From contig NW_026865317.1 of assembly GCF_026571515.1 (NCBI RefSeq), positions 1 through 64,000 on the forward strand: a stretch of 64,000 bases of DNA, read 5' to 3'. The stretch comes from Ruditapes philippinarum (Eukaryota). This document shows, piece by piece, positions 61,801 through 64,000 of the stretch. The position numbers and the translations under genes are program-made. Every line of letters begins with the position of its first letter. The stretch's first letter is position 1. The notes beneath the pieces are model-generated. The model ran no database searches. It was not told the DNA's origin and saw only the letters and a program-made list of their open reading frames with translations.

Positions 61801-62382
61801 AGCCAAACGTAACAAAATAGAGTTAAACAGAAACCCTAAAGAAATGATGGTTCCATGATAATCGCCATATGAACACATCCTCAGATGTTAAAAAGTCTGA
61901 AGTGTACCAGTTCATCTTAAATGTGAATTCTGCTGAAGCCGGTGCTTGGAGGCGTGGACGGTTGCTTGCAGTTACACAACCGTCCATGAACAGGTTTAAT
62001 CAAACTGAGCCTGCAACATTTTCATGTTTTCCGTGTTAAGGATTCTTTTTTCTCTGTTGTATTACTAATGGGCATTATTATAATGTGTAATGAAATCAAG
62101 CAATAATCGTTCTTCTCTCAATACAATTCGATAAAAGTTACTGTTGTTGTCGTGAAAACAGTCCTTACTTATTCTGCAAAAAGTCTTAATCTGAAATTTA
62201 AAGTAAGAAAAATAGGAAACTATAACTTTTCTGCTGAAGAAAAAAATAATATATGTACAACCTTTCAAGAATGTATTACATAGAAAGGTATGAGTTATTT
62301 CATAAAAATAATGGTTTGAAATTTGGCAAGTATCTAATGTTACGAGCCAGGCGTAACGAGAAAGAAAAGCCAGCAACAAACT

Positions 62383-64000
62383 TGTAACAATAACAAATTT
62401 ATTACAGAAAATTATTAAAAAAAAAAAAAATAAAATAAAATTATCTTTACAAATACCTGAAGTCCAAATAAAAATTACAAATGTCTAGTCTGATCCTGGA
62501 ATGATCCTTTTTTAATAGCACAGTTAAATCCAAGTTAAATCCAAGAACACTTTAGAATAAATTCCCACAATAAAATCCACAAGAATAATTAATAATCCAA
62601 GCTCCAATAAATCACTTAATTTCCAAGTTGAATAATACTCCAAATATATTGATTTCTAAAAGATCACTGATGACTTAAAAGGTAACTGATGACTTAATGA
62701 TTGATTAATGAAAAATGTCTCCTTATATATATTAACTAAGAAGTTTCCAGAAAGGTCTATTATGTTCTCAAGTAATCATAATCTAGCAACTTCAACAATA
62801 AAGATCATTCCAGAAGTTTCTATCTAAATATAATGCATGAGTTTTCTACAACAGTTAAGAACCTTCTAGTACATACATGTAGTTTATGTTCTAAAAATAG
62901 AACAATGATAATATTGGAAATACCAACTGGTCAGATATAAATTATATACATGTAATATGTTGCATACATAACACTTCCCCTCTTCAAGAAAAAAGAAATA
63001 TGAATGAAATGAATATTTCTTTTACATAAATTCAAACAATGTAACTTACAAATAACATAGGAGAAATGTAAAACAATTTTTATACATTCATATATATGTG
63101 TATTACAAACAATAGCAAACAACAACAAAAAAATAACCAATCATATCATATAAATGCTATTACAAACAATAGCAAACAACAACAAAAAAAATAATCAATC
63201 ATATCATATAAATGTTAAATTTAAAATACTGCAAATAACAGTTTTAGACACGTGAAAGTGCATCAGGGATCAAATTATCTTTCCCTTTAATGTGTCTAAT
63301 GTCAAGACTATATTCTTGCAAAAATAAGCTCCACCTCAACAACCTTTGATTTTTGTTTTTAAGTTTATGCAAGAAAGTGAGGGGGTTGTGATCACTAAAG
63401 ACAACAACAGGCAACTTTGAAGAAGTTAGATAAACTTCAAAATGCTGAATAGCAAGAATAAGAGCAAGGCACTCTTTCTCTATAGTAGAGTAATTTTTCT
63501 GATGTTCATTAAACTTTTTAGAAAAGTAACAAACAGGATGGTCAACACCATTGTTGTCTTCTTGGATCAATACACTTCCAGCACCTATGTCACTAGCATC
63601 TACAGCTAACTTAAAGTTTTTATTAAAATCTGGTGCCAAGAGAACTGGTGCACTCTTAAGTATGGCTTTAAGGCTGTCAAATGCCATTTGACACTTGTCA
63701 TTCCAAATGAATTTGTTTCTTTTCTTTAACAAATTTGTCAATGGTTCTGCAATAACCGAAAAATTATTACAAAATTTACGATAATACCCTGCCATACCAA
63801 GAAATCGCATCAGTTGTCTTTTACAAGTTGGCACAGGAAATTCAGAGGTAGCTTTGACCTTAGCTTCTATTGGTTTAACTTTACCCTGTCCCACTACATG
63901 TCCTAAAAATGTTAAAATTGCATGACAAAATTCACTTTTTGCAAGGTTAACTGTCAATTTAGCATCACTAAGTCGGTCGAAGAATGCTCGTATAGTTTTG
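62383..64000 (-). mobile_element. Gypsy LTR retrotransposon 3' end (pol, PPT, 3' LTR of about 591 bp at 62383-62973)
   Basis: Minus strand: polypurine tract GAAGAGGGGAAG directly followed by TGTTAT at 62973; candidate LTR ends GTTACA at 62383 with AATAAA just inside and a TATA-like motif near 62725. The 5' LTR is outside the window, so the end point is unconfirmed. Confidence 0.8.
63244..64000 (-). CDS. Gypsy/Ty3 pol, RT C-terminus and RNase H (partial)
   Basis: FLGHVV, FLGMAGYYRKF, LAVDAS..GAG, YST.EKE.LA, SDHNPL, RW.L.LQEY, KGKDN..DALSR motifs; frame open to the window edge. Confidence 0.95.
   Translation of the reverse strand, partial: KTIRAFFDRLSDAKLTVNLAKSEFCHAILTFLGHVVGQGKVKPIEAKVKATSEFPVPTCKRQLMRFLGMAGYYRKFCNNFSVIAEPLTNLLKKRNKFIWNDKCQMAFDSLKAILKSAPVLLAPDFNKNFKLAVDASDIGAGSVLIQEDNNGVDHPVCYFSKKFNEHQKNYSTIEKECLALILAIQHFEVYLTSSKLPVVVFSDHNPLTFLHKLKNKNQRLLRWSLFLQEYSLDIRHIKGKDNLIPDALSRV

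Noticed and set aside
59680-62010. Upstream GPCR exons (59680-59742, about 61100-61300, about 61900-62010)
   Set aside because: Some splice-like signals and Cys-containing frames, but stops intervene and no phase-consistent chain with recognisable motifs could be built.

Overview
AT-rich, intron-containing animal genomic DNA. The repeat families (Helentron-type satellite carriers, conserved-core SINEs, palindromic MITEs) point to a mollusc, probably a bivalve; this is an inference. Seven spliced genes can be rebuilt by hand. The left 34 kb holds two head-to-head housekeeping pairs: USP19(-, runs off the left edge)/CBLL1-Hakai(+) and MANBAL(-, absent from the ORF track)/RPP38(+). The right 28 kb holds a CHST15-like sulfotransferase(+), a type II mucin-stalk C-type lectin(-), the 3' part of a class-B/adhesion-like GPCR(-) and the 3' end of a Gypsy LTR element whose pol stops right after RNase H (Gmr1-like order). 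Three genes carry apparent lesions (CBLL1 frameshifts, a CHST15-like GG acceptor, a GPCR frameshift) that may be assembly errors. The most unusual signal is a set of long palindromes whose mismatches are recurrently CGAG opposite CGAG, some capped by GCGTAGC, i.e. apparently strand-specific single-stranded hairpins. No CRISPR array, rRNA or true tRNA gene was seen. All assignments come from reading the sequence and recalled family motifs; no searches were run.
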